NCBI GenBank assembly: GCA_002422285.1
Contig: DIUF01000019.1
Coordinates: 5,421-69,420, forward strand
DNA: 64,000 nt
Direction: 5' to 3'
From: Flavobacteriales bacterium UBA6165
GTDB taxonomy: Bacteria > Bacteroidota > Bacteroidia > Flavobacteriales_D > Crocinitomicaceae
The notes under the pieces were generated by a model. The model was not told the origin of the DNA and searched no databases. It saw only the letters and a list, made by a program, of their open reading frames with translations. Position 1 is the stretch's first letter; every line of letters starts with the position of its first letter. Of the stretch, positions 37,301 to 45,495 are shown one piece after another. Position numbers and translations under genes: made by a program.

Positions 37301-39878
37301 AACGGATAAAACGTCTTACAATGTTGGGGAAACCATGAAAATCACATTCCCATCATCGCAAAATGGTCGCGCTTTTGTTTCTATTGAAAATGCGAAAGAA
37401 GTGCTTCAATATCAATGGGTGCAAACAGCTAAAAATGAAACGGTTGTGTCTATTCCTGTTACCGCAGATATGGCGCCAAATGTCTTCGTGCATATCACAA
37501 TGATTCAACCGCATGCCAATACGATAAATGATGCCCCAATTCGTTTGTATGGTGTTCAGCCTGTTGATGTTGTGAACAAAGAAACCATTCTTGAGCCAAC
37601 AATCAACATGCCTTCGAGTTTGAAACCTGAGGAGAAATTTACGGTTGAAGTGGGCGAACGCAATGGTCAAGCGATGACTTATACCTTGGCGGTTGTGGAT
37701 GAAGGTTTGTTGGATTTAACACGATTTAAAACGCCCAATGCTTGGAAATCATTTTATTCTCGTCAGGCGCTGGGTGTGCGCTCTTGGGACATGTTTGACC
37801 ATGTAATTGGTGCCTTTGGTGGCAAAATTGCACAAATCTTCAGCATCGGTGGTGATGAGGATTTAGGCAGTGGAAATCCCAAAAAACCGAATCGTTTTAA
37901 ACCTGTAGTCATGTACCTCGGACCATTCGAACTCAAGCCCGGAGAAAAACAAAAACATACAGTCGAGATGCCAAACTACATCGGGTCAGTGCGCACCATG
38001 GTTGTGGCTTCCAATGCGTCAAAATTTGCTTATGGTGCTGCTGAAAACACTACACCTGTGAAGAAACCATTGATGCTTTTGGCTTCAGCACCACGTCAGG
38101 TGAGTCCTGAGGAAAAAATATCCTTGCCAATTACAGTTTTTGCGATGGAAAATCATGTGAAAAATGTGGCGCTTAGCATTCAAGTTTCTGGTAATATAAA
38201 GGTAGCAGGAAGCAACAAACAAGCACTTGTTTTCAATCAGCCAGATGATAAAGTGGTTTATTTTGATTTGGAAGTTGGGGCTCAAGAAGGCGCAGCAACT
38301 ATTCGCGTGATGGCAACATCTGGTTCTGAGAAAGCTACTTATGAATTCAAATTGTATGTGGGCAATCCAAACCCTGTGAGCTATGAAATTTATGACATCG
38401 TGATTGAGCCTGGTTCAAGTCAAATAGTTGATTTTGAAACATTTGGTATTCAGGGCTCAAATAACGCTACCTTGGAATTGTCTGTAATGCCGCCTATGAA
38501 TCTTGACGCTCGTTTAGGTGAGTTGATTGGTTACCCGCATGGATGTTTGGAGCAGGTGACCTCTCGTATTTTCCCACAGTTGTATTTAGGTGATTTGGTC
38601 AATTTAGATCAAACGCGTATTCAAAAAATACAAACGAATGTGAATGCTGGAATTCGAAAATTACAGCATTTCCAGTTGCCCAATGGTGGATTTGCTTATT
38701 GGCCGGGGGCGCGTCAAGCCAATTCGTGGGGTACATCTTATGTAGGACATTTCTTGCTTGAGGCTGAGAAAAAAGGCTATCAGTTACCCGTTGGATTCAA
38801 GAGTAAATGGATTGCTTATCAGAAAAATACAGCGAAAAGTTGGCAGGCCGCAATCTCCACGGAGAATGATTTTGATCAGGCTTATCGTTTATACACCTTG
38901 GCCTTGGCAGGTGATGCGGATGTTGCCTCAATGAATCGATTGAAATCTACTGTTGGCATTTCTTCGAACTCAAAATTGCGCTTGGCTGCGGCCTATGTTT
39001 TAATTGGTCAACGAGATGCGGCGCTGCAGTTGGTGAAATCAGCTAATATTGACAATCTCATACCAAAATCGAATCATTATTTCGACTCACGTGAACGCAA
39101 CAATGCGATGGCTTTGGAAACTTTTGTATTGCTGAAAGACAAAGTCAAAGCACGCAAAATGGCTGATTTGGTGGCGAGTTCTTTGAGTTCACGCGATTAC
39201 ATGAGCACGCAAACAGCGTCTTATTCGTTAATGGCTTTAGGGCGTTATGCGAATTTGGTGGGTGGCTCCAATTTCACAGCAAGTTATTCGGTGAATGGCA
39301 AAAGCGAGAAGGTGTCTGGTTCTAAGCCATTAACGCAGAGCAAATTAGGTATTCAGCGTGGATCGAATAAAGTGGAGGTGAAAAATACATCTGGAGCAAC
39401 CGTCTTTGCGCGTGTCGTGGTGCAGGGAGTTTTGCCTTTGGGTAATGAAAAATCATATCAAAGAGGATTGACCTTGAATGTGTCATACAAGGACGGTTCC
39501 GGAATGCCTGTTGACCTGAGTAAAATTCAGCAGGGCATGGATGTGATTGCTGAAATTCGAGTTCAAAACACGACAAACAACCAAGTTCATAATGTGGCTC
39601 TGACGCACATTATCCCTGGTGGTTTTGAAATTGTAAATGCAAGATTCACAGAATATGGTGGCAATGATGACTCTCCGATAGATTATCTCGATATCCGCGA
39701 TGACCGTTCGAATTATTACTTCACCTTAGATGCATTTCAAACAAAGACCTTTACCGTGCGTATCTCGGCCTCTTTCCCAGGAAAATATTATTTCCCCGGC
39801 ACTCAGGCTGATGCCATGTACGACAACAATTATTCTGTTCGAACAACAGGTAGATGGATTGAAATTTTGAAATTCTGA
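34356..39878 (+). CDS. Bacterial alpha-2-macroglobulin family lipoprotein with intact thioester motif (YfhM/ECAM type)
   Basis: 1840 aa with lipobox FGFWSCSKK. The thioester motif GYPHGCLEQV has CLEQ at nt 38544-38555, in frame. It is followed after 2 nt by pbpC. Confidence 0.88.
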   Translation: MRKICYFSAVVIWMFGFWSCSKKSLSDFLSDFSLYEGYIESFSSGYVSVYDPITVTLAQDLSPDLLENGPQNKWFSISPSVDGEVKFLDANTIQFVPTEKLKQDQEYRITFQLHKVMDVPKDLREFRFAVHTYKQDFIVNINDIQSYDRNWQYLRGSIETTDLMEFEIAKQLVTAEQEGKKLNVKVVRESELSRSFSFVIDSVQRKMEDSKVTIFWDGKPFKIDNKDQGEFEVPGKNNFKVVQIEVENGDEQFLKINFSDPIDKNQNLKGLVRIQDASNLRYSSEGNVLYVYLSETLSGSKLVQVFQGVKSVDGIKMKGDYREEVLFEELLPGVRLVRSGTFLPSSQNLKINFEAVNVSAVDVMVYRIHSQNILQFLQVNNYDENDGLYRVSSPVAKTTIELNHPTPKAHMRWNAYALDLSKIMKPEPGAIYRVELSIRPQYSMYECAEAFPSLETKDKPFNPADYDKRSRYNDWDGDWDEDYYWYDWRERDNPCHMAYYYDRTVATNVMATDLGVIAKRGEDGSYLFAVTDLISTNPVAGASIELYTFDQQLVQTIKTNGEGIASWKTDRYAYFALVKKDKQVTPLKLAENSSNSMSAFDVSGDRLRDGMNGYIYGERGVWRPGDTLFLGFILNNRHANPGQKHPVKLSIFNARGIMVHQDIANHASSQHYKFVVPTSADAETGNWEAVVQVGGATFRKGIFIETIKPNRLKLKTVFNNKILQANTKNTGKMEVAWLHGAIAQDLKVDLSVKYSRMTTTFKGYDKFKFDDPARTFDADETKVFEGRLNDKGIVSFDLIPDLEEEAPGMLRAVFMARAFEKGGDFSSDVFSTTVSPYKRYVGFRPTNMNKYGYMETGGKSTFEVVTLNPEGKPVAVKDLQVRVYKIDYYWWYDASSDYLSRYTSSSTHIPFKSLNVSTNSSGKGNFSFDVNENDYGRYLVRVYDPEHRHASGEILYFSWPAHRAMGRTRKNESDEATKLVFLTDKTSYNVGETMKITFPSSQNGRAFVSIENAKEVLQYQWVQTAKNETVVSIPVTADMAPNVFVHITMIQPHANTINDAPIRLYGVQPVDVVNKETILEPTINMPSSLKPEEKFTVEVGERNGQAMTYTLAVVDEGLLDLTRFKTPNAWKSFYSRQALGVRSWDMFDHVIGAFGGKIAQIFSIGGDEDLGSGNPKKPNRFKPVVMYLGPFELKPGEKQKHTVEMPNYIGSVRTMVVASNASKFAYGAAENTTPVKKPLMLLASAPRQVSPEEKISLPITVFAMENHVKNVALSIQVSGNIKVAGSNKQALVFNQPDDKVVYFDLEVGAQEGAATIRVMATSGSEKATYEFKLYVGNPNPVSYEIYDIVIEPGSSQIVDFETFGIQGSNNATLELSVMPPMNLDARLGELIGYPHGCLEQVTSRIFPQLYLGDLVNLDQTRIQKIQTNVNAGIRKLQHFQLPNGGFAYWPGARQANSWGTSYVGHFLLEAEKKGYQLPVGFKSKWIAYQKNTAKSWQAAISTENDFDQAYRLYTLALAGDADVASMNRLKSTVGISSNSKLRLAAAYVLIGQRDAALQLVKSANIDNLIPKSNHYFDSRERNNAMALETFVLLKDKVKARKMADLVASSLSSRDYMSTQTASYSLMALGRYANLVGGSNFTASYSVNGKSEKVSGSKPLTQSKLGIQRGSNKVEVKNTSGATVFARVVVQGVLPLGNEKSYQRGLTLNVSYKDGSGMPVDLSKIQQGMDVIAEIRVQNTTNNQVHNVALTHIIPGGFEIVNARFTEYGGNDDSPIDYLDIRDDRSNYYFTLDAFQTKTFTVRISASFPGKYYFPGTQADAMYDNNYSVRTTGRWIEILKF

Positions 39879-39880
39879 CG

Positions 39881-42244
39881 GTGCAATTCCTGCGCGATTG
39901 TTTCAATTTTTCTTTGATTTGGGTGCGAAAGAATCCTGTCAAGTCTTTTCTATTCTTATTTTATGGATGGAAATTTTATTTTTTGCTGCCTAAAGAATTG
40001 TTCGACAATCCGTATTCCTTTGTGATTGAGAGTAGGGAAGGACATCTTCTTGGCGCTCGTATTGCGGACGACGGGCAATGGCGTTTTCCTGCGCAAGATT
40101 CTGTTCCGGAAAAATTCAAAAAGTGCATTGTGGCTTATGAAGATCGATATTTTTATTACCATCTCGGCGTGAATCCAGTGGCCATTTATGGCGCTTTTCA
40201 AACCAATCGAAAGGCAGGCAAAATTGTGCGAGGTGGAAGTACTTTAACGCAGCAGGTTATTCGCTTGGCACGTAAAAATCCTGAACGCAGCTACAGCGAA
40301 AAACTGATAGAAATGATTTGGTCGCTGCGTTTGGAGTTGCGTTGTTCCAAAGACGAAATCCTGAATTTATATGCCACTCATGCGCCTTTTGGAGGCAATG
40401 TTGTTGGTCTTGAAATGGCTTCCTACCGCTATTTTGGTTTGGATGCGCATCAATTGTCGTGGGCGCAGGCAGCAACATTGGCTGTATTGCCCAATGCTCC
40501 CGGTTTGATATTTCCTGGTAAAAATCAAGATGAGTTGCGCCGAAAACGTAATGCCTTGTTGCTCTATTTACACCAAAGTGGGGAAATTGATGCCATGGAG
40601 TTGCAGTTGTCTTTACAAGAACCGCTCCCTGATAAACCTCACCAATTGCCAGAAATCGCTCAGCATTTACTCAATCGTTTGTTTTTCAGGACTACAGCAT
40701 ATCAAGTTCAAACTACAATTGATTTTCATTTGCAAGAGCGCGTGAATTACATTGTTGAGCGCTATTTCCGTCAATACAGTCAAAATGAGGTGCACAACAT
40801 GGCTGTATTGGTCTTGGATGTGGAAACGCGAGAAGTATTGGTGTATATTGGGAATACGCCAACAGATAAAGCGCATAGTAAAGATGTGGACAATATTCGC
40901 GCTGCTCGAAGCACGGGCAGCATTTTGAAACCATTTTTGTTCGCGGAAATGCTGCAAGAGGGAGAATTGTTGTATCATGCTTTGATTCCCGATATTCCAA
41001 CCCAAATTTCAGGATTTAGTCCACAGAACAACAGCATGAGTTATGACGGCGCTGTGCCTGCATGGAAAGCTTTGTCGCGCTCACTGAATATTCCCAGTGT
41101 GCTGATGCTCCAGCAATATGGTGTCAATAAATTTTTTAGAAATCTTAAAAATTATGGCATATCTACACTCAACCAACAACCCATGCATTATGGTTTGTCT
41201 TTGATTTTAGGTGGGGCAGAGACAACGCTTTGGGATTTATGTCGTGCTTATGCAGGCTATGTTAGTATTCACAATTGTTTTCAAGAAAATGGATATTACC
41301 AGTCAGATCCTTTTTGTGATTTGAACCTCGAACTTGGTCAAAAAACAGATTTTGGAAGAGAAGTGAGCACGCCGCCATATCTGAGTGCTGGCGCGATCCA
41401 CCAAACGTTTGAAGCCATGCGTGAGGTAAATCGACCTGAGCACAATGAATCGTGGCAATATTTTTCTTCTTCACAACCTATTGCTTGGAAAACAGGTACA
41501 AGTTACGGCAATCGTGACGCTTGGGCCATTGGGTGCAGCAGAAAATACGTGGTGGGCATTTGGGTGGGGAATTCAACAGGTGAGGGTAGACCAGAGCTCA
41601 CAGGCGTGAGTTATGCTGGTTCGATCTTGTTTGATGTTTTTTCCGTGCTAGATGCTGTTCCTTGGTTCAAACGCCCAGAAATGGATATGCATGTGGCCGA
41701 AGTTTGCAAAAAGAGTGGTTATCTCGCTGGACCTCATTGTCCAATTGGAACAAGTTGGGTAACAAAACGCGGCTTGGAAAGTGATGTGTGTCCTTATCAT
41801 CATTTGATTCAATTGGACAGCACAGGCAGCTATCGGGTGCACAGCAATTGTGAGCGCATTGATCTGATTCAGAGTCAAGTTTGGTTCACCTTGCCACCAG
41901 TGATGGAATGGTATTACAAAAGGAAAAATGCAGATTATATGAATTTGCCAGCATTCCGAGAAGATTGCCGACAAAGCACTGAACAAGCACTGGGTTTTAT
42001 TTATCCCAAAAGTGGTGCTTTGATTTATCGTGCCAAATCATTCGACGGTGAACTTCAGCCTATTGTTTGCAAAGTAGCGCATCGCAATCCAGATACAGAA
42101 TTGTTTTGGTACTTAAACGACCGCTATTTGGGTTCAACGCAGCGCTTTCATGAATTCCCAATAAAAGCTACCGTTGGTAAACATGTGATTACGGTTGTTG
42201 ATGAAAATGGCAATGATGCGCGGTGTGTGATTAATGTGGAGTAA
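39881..42244 (+). CDS. pbpC: Penicillin-binding protein 1C
   Basis: Glycosyltransferase-51 motifs (AYEDRYFYYHLGVNP, RGGSTLTQQV) and the transpeptidase motif STGSILKP are present, with the PbpC-type C-terminal domain. The apparent start is a GTG. Confidence 0.85.
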   Translation: MQFLRDCFNFSLIWVRKNPVKSFLFLFYGWKFYFLLPKELFDNPYSFVIESREGHLLGARIADDGQWRFPAQDSVPEKFKKCIVAYEDRYFYYHLGVNPVAIYGAFQTNRKAGKIVRGGSTLTQQVIRLARKNPERSYSEKLIEMIWSLRLELRCSKDEILNLYATHAPFGGNVVGLEMASYRYFGLDAHQLSWAQAATLAVLPNAPGLIFPGKNQDELRRKRNALLLYLHQSGEIDAMELQLSLQEPLPDKPHQLPEIAQHLLNRLFFRTTAYQVQTTIDFHLQERVNYIVERYFRQYSQNEVHNMAVLVLDVETREVLVYIGNTPTDKAHSKDVDNIRAARSTGSILKPFLFAEMLQEGELLYHALIPDIPTQISGFSPQNNSMSYDGAVPAWKALSRSLNIPSVLMLQQYGVNKFFRNLKNYGISTLNQQPMHYGLSLILGGAETTLWDLCRAYAGYVSIHNCFQENGYYQSDPFCDLNLELGQKTDFGREVSTPPYLSAGAIHQTFEAMREVNRPEHNESWQYFSSSQPIAWKTGTSYGNRDAWAIGCSRKYVVGIWVGNSTGEGRPELTGVSYAGSILFDVFSVLDAVPWFKRPEMDMHVAEVCKKSGYLAGPHCPIGTSWVTKRGLESDVCPYHHLIQLDSTGSYRVHSNCERIDLIQSQVWFTLPPVMEWYYKRKNADYMNLPAFREDCRQSTEQALGFIYPKSGALIYRAKSFDGELQPIVCKVAHRNPDTELFWYLNDRYLGSTQRFHEFPIKATVGKHVITVVDENGNDARCVINVE

Positions 42245-42257
42245 GAGGCTAGTGGAT

Positions 42258-43082
42258 TTAAAAAAGCACAAAACCTATTCCTAAAGAAAAGCTATTGATT
42301 GCGCCTTTTTCACCATGAATTCTGGTCAAGCAGTTGTATTTCAAATTTAAGGACCATCTTGAACGAATCACTTCAAGAAAATAAAGCGACAACTCAATTT
42401 CTTTTCGTTTTTCAAAACCGGGAATTGGCGCGAAGTTTTTATGTCCGAAACCAAAACGCCCAGCAATCCGACCATATCTTCCGAAAAGATCCAGTTTAAG
42501 CCCCGCAAAGGTGTTTTTACCAAGACCCCATCCGCCAACGGTTAAGTAGTAGCGCAATCCGAAGCATTGATCTGGCTTCAATCTATATCCACCAATCACA
42601 CCAAGATCCAAATTTCCTCTCATGTGTATTTTGTTCTGCACTGAGGTTTCGGATAAAATAATTTGGTTATCGTATCTCGTCTCACTTAAGTTGTATAACC
42701 CCATTCCAAAACCAAATGCAATCCAATCGCCAACAAACAAGCCCTTTTCTTTACCACGATTGTATCGGTCATTTTTATCATCATCTGCGAAATAAAAGGG
42801 GGACCAGCCAGAACCTGGCGCCATCATTAATGTAACACCAATGAAAGAAATCCCCCATTTATCATAGTTCAGTAAATGACCTCTAGCCGTATTTTGCTGT
42901 TCGGTCACGATTCCCATTAAGTTTCCATTTGTATAGTATGGCATCTGAGGGTTTGTCTTAATATTATAAGCGTCGAATCGATACCCAACAAGCGTAGCCT
43001 CACATAATTGTGACAATGACGAGAAACAAAAAGTCAATGCGAATAGGAATAATGCCGATTTTAATGTTCTAGTTGAAATCAT
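42258..43082 (-). CDS. Hypothetical outer-membrane beta-barrel protein
   Basis: Signal peptide ...ALFLFALTFCFSSLSQ. Gly and aromatic strands are present, with a terminal ...SLGIGFVLF. Its start overlaps the upstream gene's stop by 14 nt. Confidence 0.5.
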   Translation of the reverse strand: MISTRTLKSALFLFALTFCFSSLSQLCEATLVGYRFDAYNIKTNPQMPYYTNGNLMGIVTEQQNTARGHLLNYDKWGISFIGVTLMMAPGSGWSPFYFADDDKNDRYNRGKEKGLFVGDWIAFGFGMGLYNLSETRYDNQIILSETSVQNKIHMRGNLDLGVIGGYRLKPDQCFGLRYYLTVGGWGLGKNTFAGLKLDLFGRYGRIAGRFGFGHKNFAPIPGFEKRKEIELSLYFLEVIRSRWSLNLKYNCLTRIHGEKGAINSFSLGIGFVLF

Positions 43083-44772
43083 ACTTCATGAGCATTAATT
43101 TCCCTTTTTTATCTTGCATAAGGTAAACTTTACTACTTCCACCGGGGATGTTTAAATAGAAGTAAGGTCTATTTACATAGAAACTACCTTTGCCTGCAAT
43201 TTCAAAATTGGATATTTTGTTGGTGCTCAAGTCTATTTTTCCGATGGATGGGTAATAATTGGGCATCATGACAGAAACTTGATTGTAATAGTAGGCAGAA
43301 AAGGAAGAGTAGGTTTTTGATGTTGTTTTAATTTCATAATTCACCCAATAGAGATTGTTTTTGTCTTTCCCTAAAATAAATTGTTGAGGAATAGGGAAGT
43401 AGGCAGCATTTTTATCTGATTCACTTCCAGGCTTGTAGCTGAATTGAGAAATGAGTTTTCCATTTTTATCGATTCTTAAACAAATCAAATGTGTGTACTG
43501 ATAGTTTTTAGGTTCTTGTTTAAACACGGGAACTTTGATTTGACCAGAGATAATAAAGCTTTCGTCGGGCAACAATTCAAAGTCACTCAATACAAATCGT
43601 TTACCATCATAAGAGTAACCTTTTTTCTGATTTGGTGGCGTCACCAATTTTGATTTAAAGTCTTTGATGGGCGTAGAATTCATATAAATAACTTTCCCGC
43701 TTTGAATCTTAATGGTTATGAAGCTTTCAAATTTGACTTTCTCGATCTTTCTTTCATAAGTTTCCATTCTGTAATTGGGCGTACCATATTTCAAATAATG
43801 GTTATTTTCAATTGGCGTATATTCACCGATTACATCATCGAACGATTTTTTATTGTCTGCTGATAGGGCACATAGATAAACTGTTCCGTCTATTTCTGTA
43901 TTGTGTCCGGTAATTGCCATCACATTACTTGGAGCTTTGATTTTAAAACGATGCTTGATGTTTCCTTTTCGGTCTATTTGGAGCCAGGTGTATTCATTTA
44001 AACTTCCGCTGTTTGGAGCAAAAATAAATACAATGTCACTGCCATCATAAACCAGTTCATCAGAATCTTCGGCAGGCAAATCGTTGTCGAGCTCAAATGT
44101 ATAAACCAAAGTGTGTTCTACATCAAATTCAATTGGCGTGTCAAGAATGTCAAGATTTTCTCCAATTTTCAATATGCTAATTTCTCGAGCTTTGGCATTG
44201 CCATCTTTGTTTTTTACTGATGTTGCCAAAACAATTGGATTTCCATCTACACCTTCAAAAGCGGCTACTCCGTTATATTTGTTGTTGTCAACATTTCGCG
44301 CTTTCACATCTTTCACGTCACTTCTTTTGATTCTATACTTTTGGCGCTCCACATCCCATGTATAGGTGTAGGTTGCTGTATGTAGATTCAGTTTTGTGCT
44401 TAGAATATTAAATGAACTACCGCCGCCGACTGAAACATCAACGGCTTTTCTCGTTTTAGTTGGTTTTTCTTTGTATCGTGTTTTTCTCTCCGGCACTTCT
44501 TTCACACCCAAAAAATTGAGCGATTTATCAAATTCGTATATCTCGTGTCCTGATTGTTTTTTGCCCAATGAAATGTAATAAACAACCTCAATGTTGCCAG
44601 CCTCGTTGAAACTCATTTCAAAGAGATAGCCTTTCACTGATTTCTTGGAAAGTGCATGTGTCTTTTCAATGGGTTTTCCTTCATTTGTTTGATTTGAAAG
44701 CCCAACAAAGGGAAAAAAAGCTACAAAAGCATAAATAAGTGTGAATTGCAATAAATTGTTTAGAATTTTCAT
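43069..44772 (-). CDS. Hypothetical secreted beta-rich protein (567 aa), no recognised domain
   Basis: Signal peptide MKILNNLLQFTLIYAFVAFFPFVGLSNQ. The composition is K/Y/N/I-rich and beta-type. No catalytic motif was recognised. Confidence 0.5.
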   Translation of the reverse strand: MKILNNLLQFTLIYAFVAFFPFVGLSNQTNEGKPIEKTHALSKKSVKGYLFEMSFNEAGNIEVVYYISLGKKQSGHEIYEFDKSLNFLGVKEVPERKTRYKEKPTKTRKAVDVSVGGGSSFNILSTKLNLHTATYTYTWDVERQKYRIKRSDVKDVKARNVDNNKYNGVAAFEGVDGNPIVLATSVKNKDGNAKAREISILKIGENLDILDTPIEFDVEHTLVYTFELDNDLPAEDSDELVYDGSDIVFIFAPNSGSLNEYTWLQIDRKGNIKHRFKIKAPSNVMAITGHNTEIDGTVYLCALSADNKKSFDDVIGEYTPIENNHYLKYGTPNYRMETYERKIEKVKFESFITIKIQSGKVIYMNSTPIKDFKSKLVTPPNQKKGYSYDGKRFVLSDFELLPDESFIISGQIKVPVFKQEPKNYQYTHLICLRIDKNGKLISQFSYKPGSESDKNAAYFPIPQQFILGKDKNNLYWVNYEIKTTSKTYSSFSAYYYNQVSVMMPNYYPSIGKIDLSTNKISNFEIAGKGSFYVNRPYFYLNIPGGSSKVYLMQDKKGKLMLMKYDFN

Positions 44773-44860
44773 TTCTCCGTGTTTTTAAGTTTGCACAAAA
44801 AAACATCGTTTTAGAGAGTTGACTATCGCATAAAGTACGTATTTCTTGAAAAGAATTCTG

Positions 44861-45481
44861 TCAAGATTTGAACTTGTTAATGGCCTTTGTTTTATTGTCT
44901 ACTTCGAGTTTTACGTATATGTTGCGAATGTGTGTTCTTACAGTGTCAACACTAATATTCAATGTCGTTGCAATTTCTTTGTAGCGCTGACCATTCGACA
45001 TCAGTTCTAGAATCTCACATTCTCTATTGGTTAGTTCTGAAACAGTGTCTACTTTTTTCTGCTTGGAAAAAAAATCAATGACCATTCTTGATATTGAAGG
45101 TGTTATTGGTGAGCCGCCGCCCAAAACTATGTGAATGGCTTCTCTAATGCGTTCATGAGATTCTGATTTCAAAATGTATCCCGTGGCACCCGACTTTAAG
45201 GCATCAAAGACGTTTTGATCGTCACCAAAAACGGTGAAAGCGATAAATTGAACACTAGGTTTGAGGGGCTTTAGTTTTTTAATACATTCTATGCCTGTTA
45301 ATCCTGGGAGACCGATATCCATCAGCACTACATCTGGATTATTCTTTTCGAAATTTTGAATAAATATTTCCGCAGTTGGAAACAAATCAATTTTTTCGAT
45401 GAAGGGGTCATCACTGAGCAGCTCTTTTAAAAATCTAGACATTTCGATATTGTCGTCTACGATACTCAGATGAATCTGCAT
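44861..45481 (-). CDS. Response regulator, NarL/LuxR family (receiver + HTH)
   Basis: Receiver domain (VVLMDIGLPGLTG) plus a C-terminal LuxR HTH (LTNRECEILELMSNGQRYKEIATTLNISVDTVRTHIRNIYVKL). Confidence 0.9.
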   Translation of the reverse strand: MQIHLSIVDDNIEMSRFLKELLSDDPFIEKIDLFPTAEIFIQNFEKNNPDVVLMDIGLPGLTGIECIKKLKPLKPSVQFIAFTVFGDDQNVFDALKSGATGYILKSESHERIREAIHIVLGGGSPITPSISRMVIDFFSKQKKVDTVSELTNRECEILELMSNGQRYKEIATTLNISVDTVRTHIRNIYVKLEVDNKTKAINKFKS

Positions 45482-45495
45482 ACAAAAGGTTTAGA

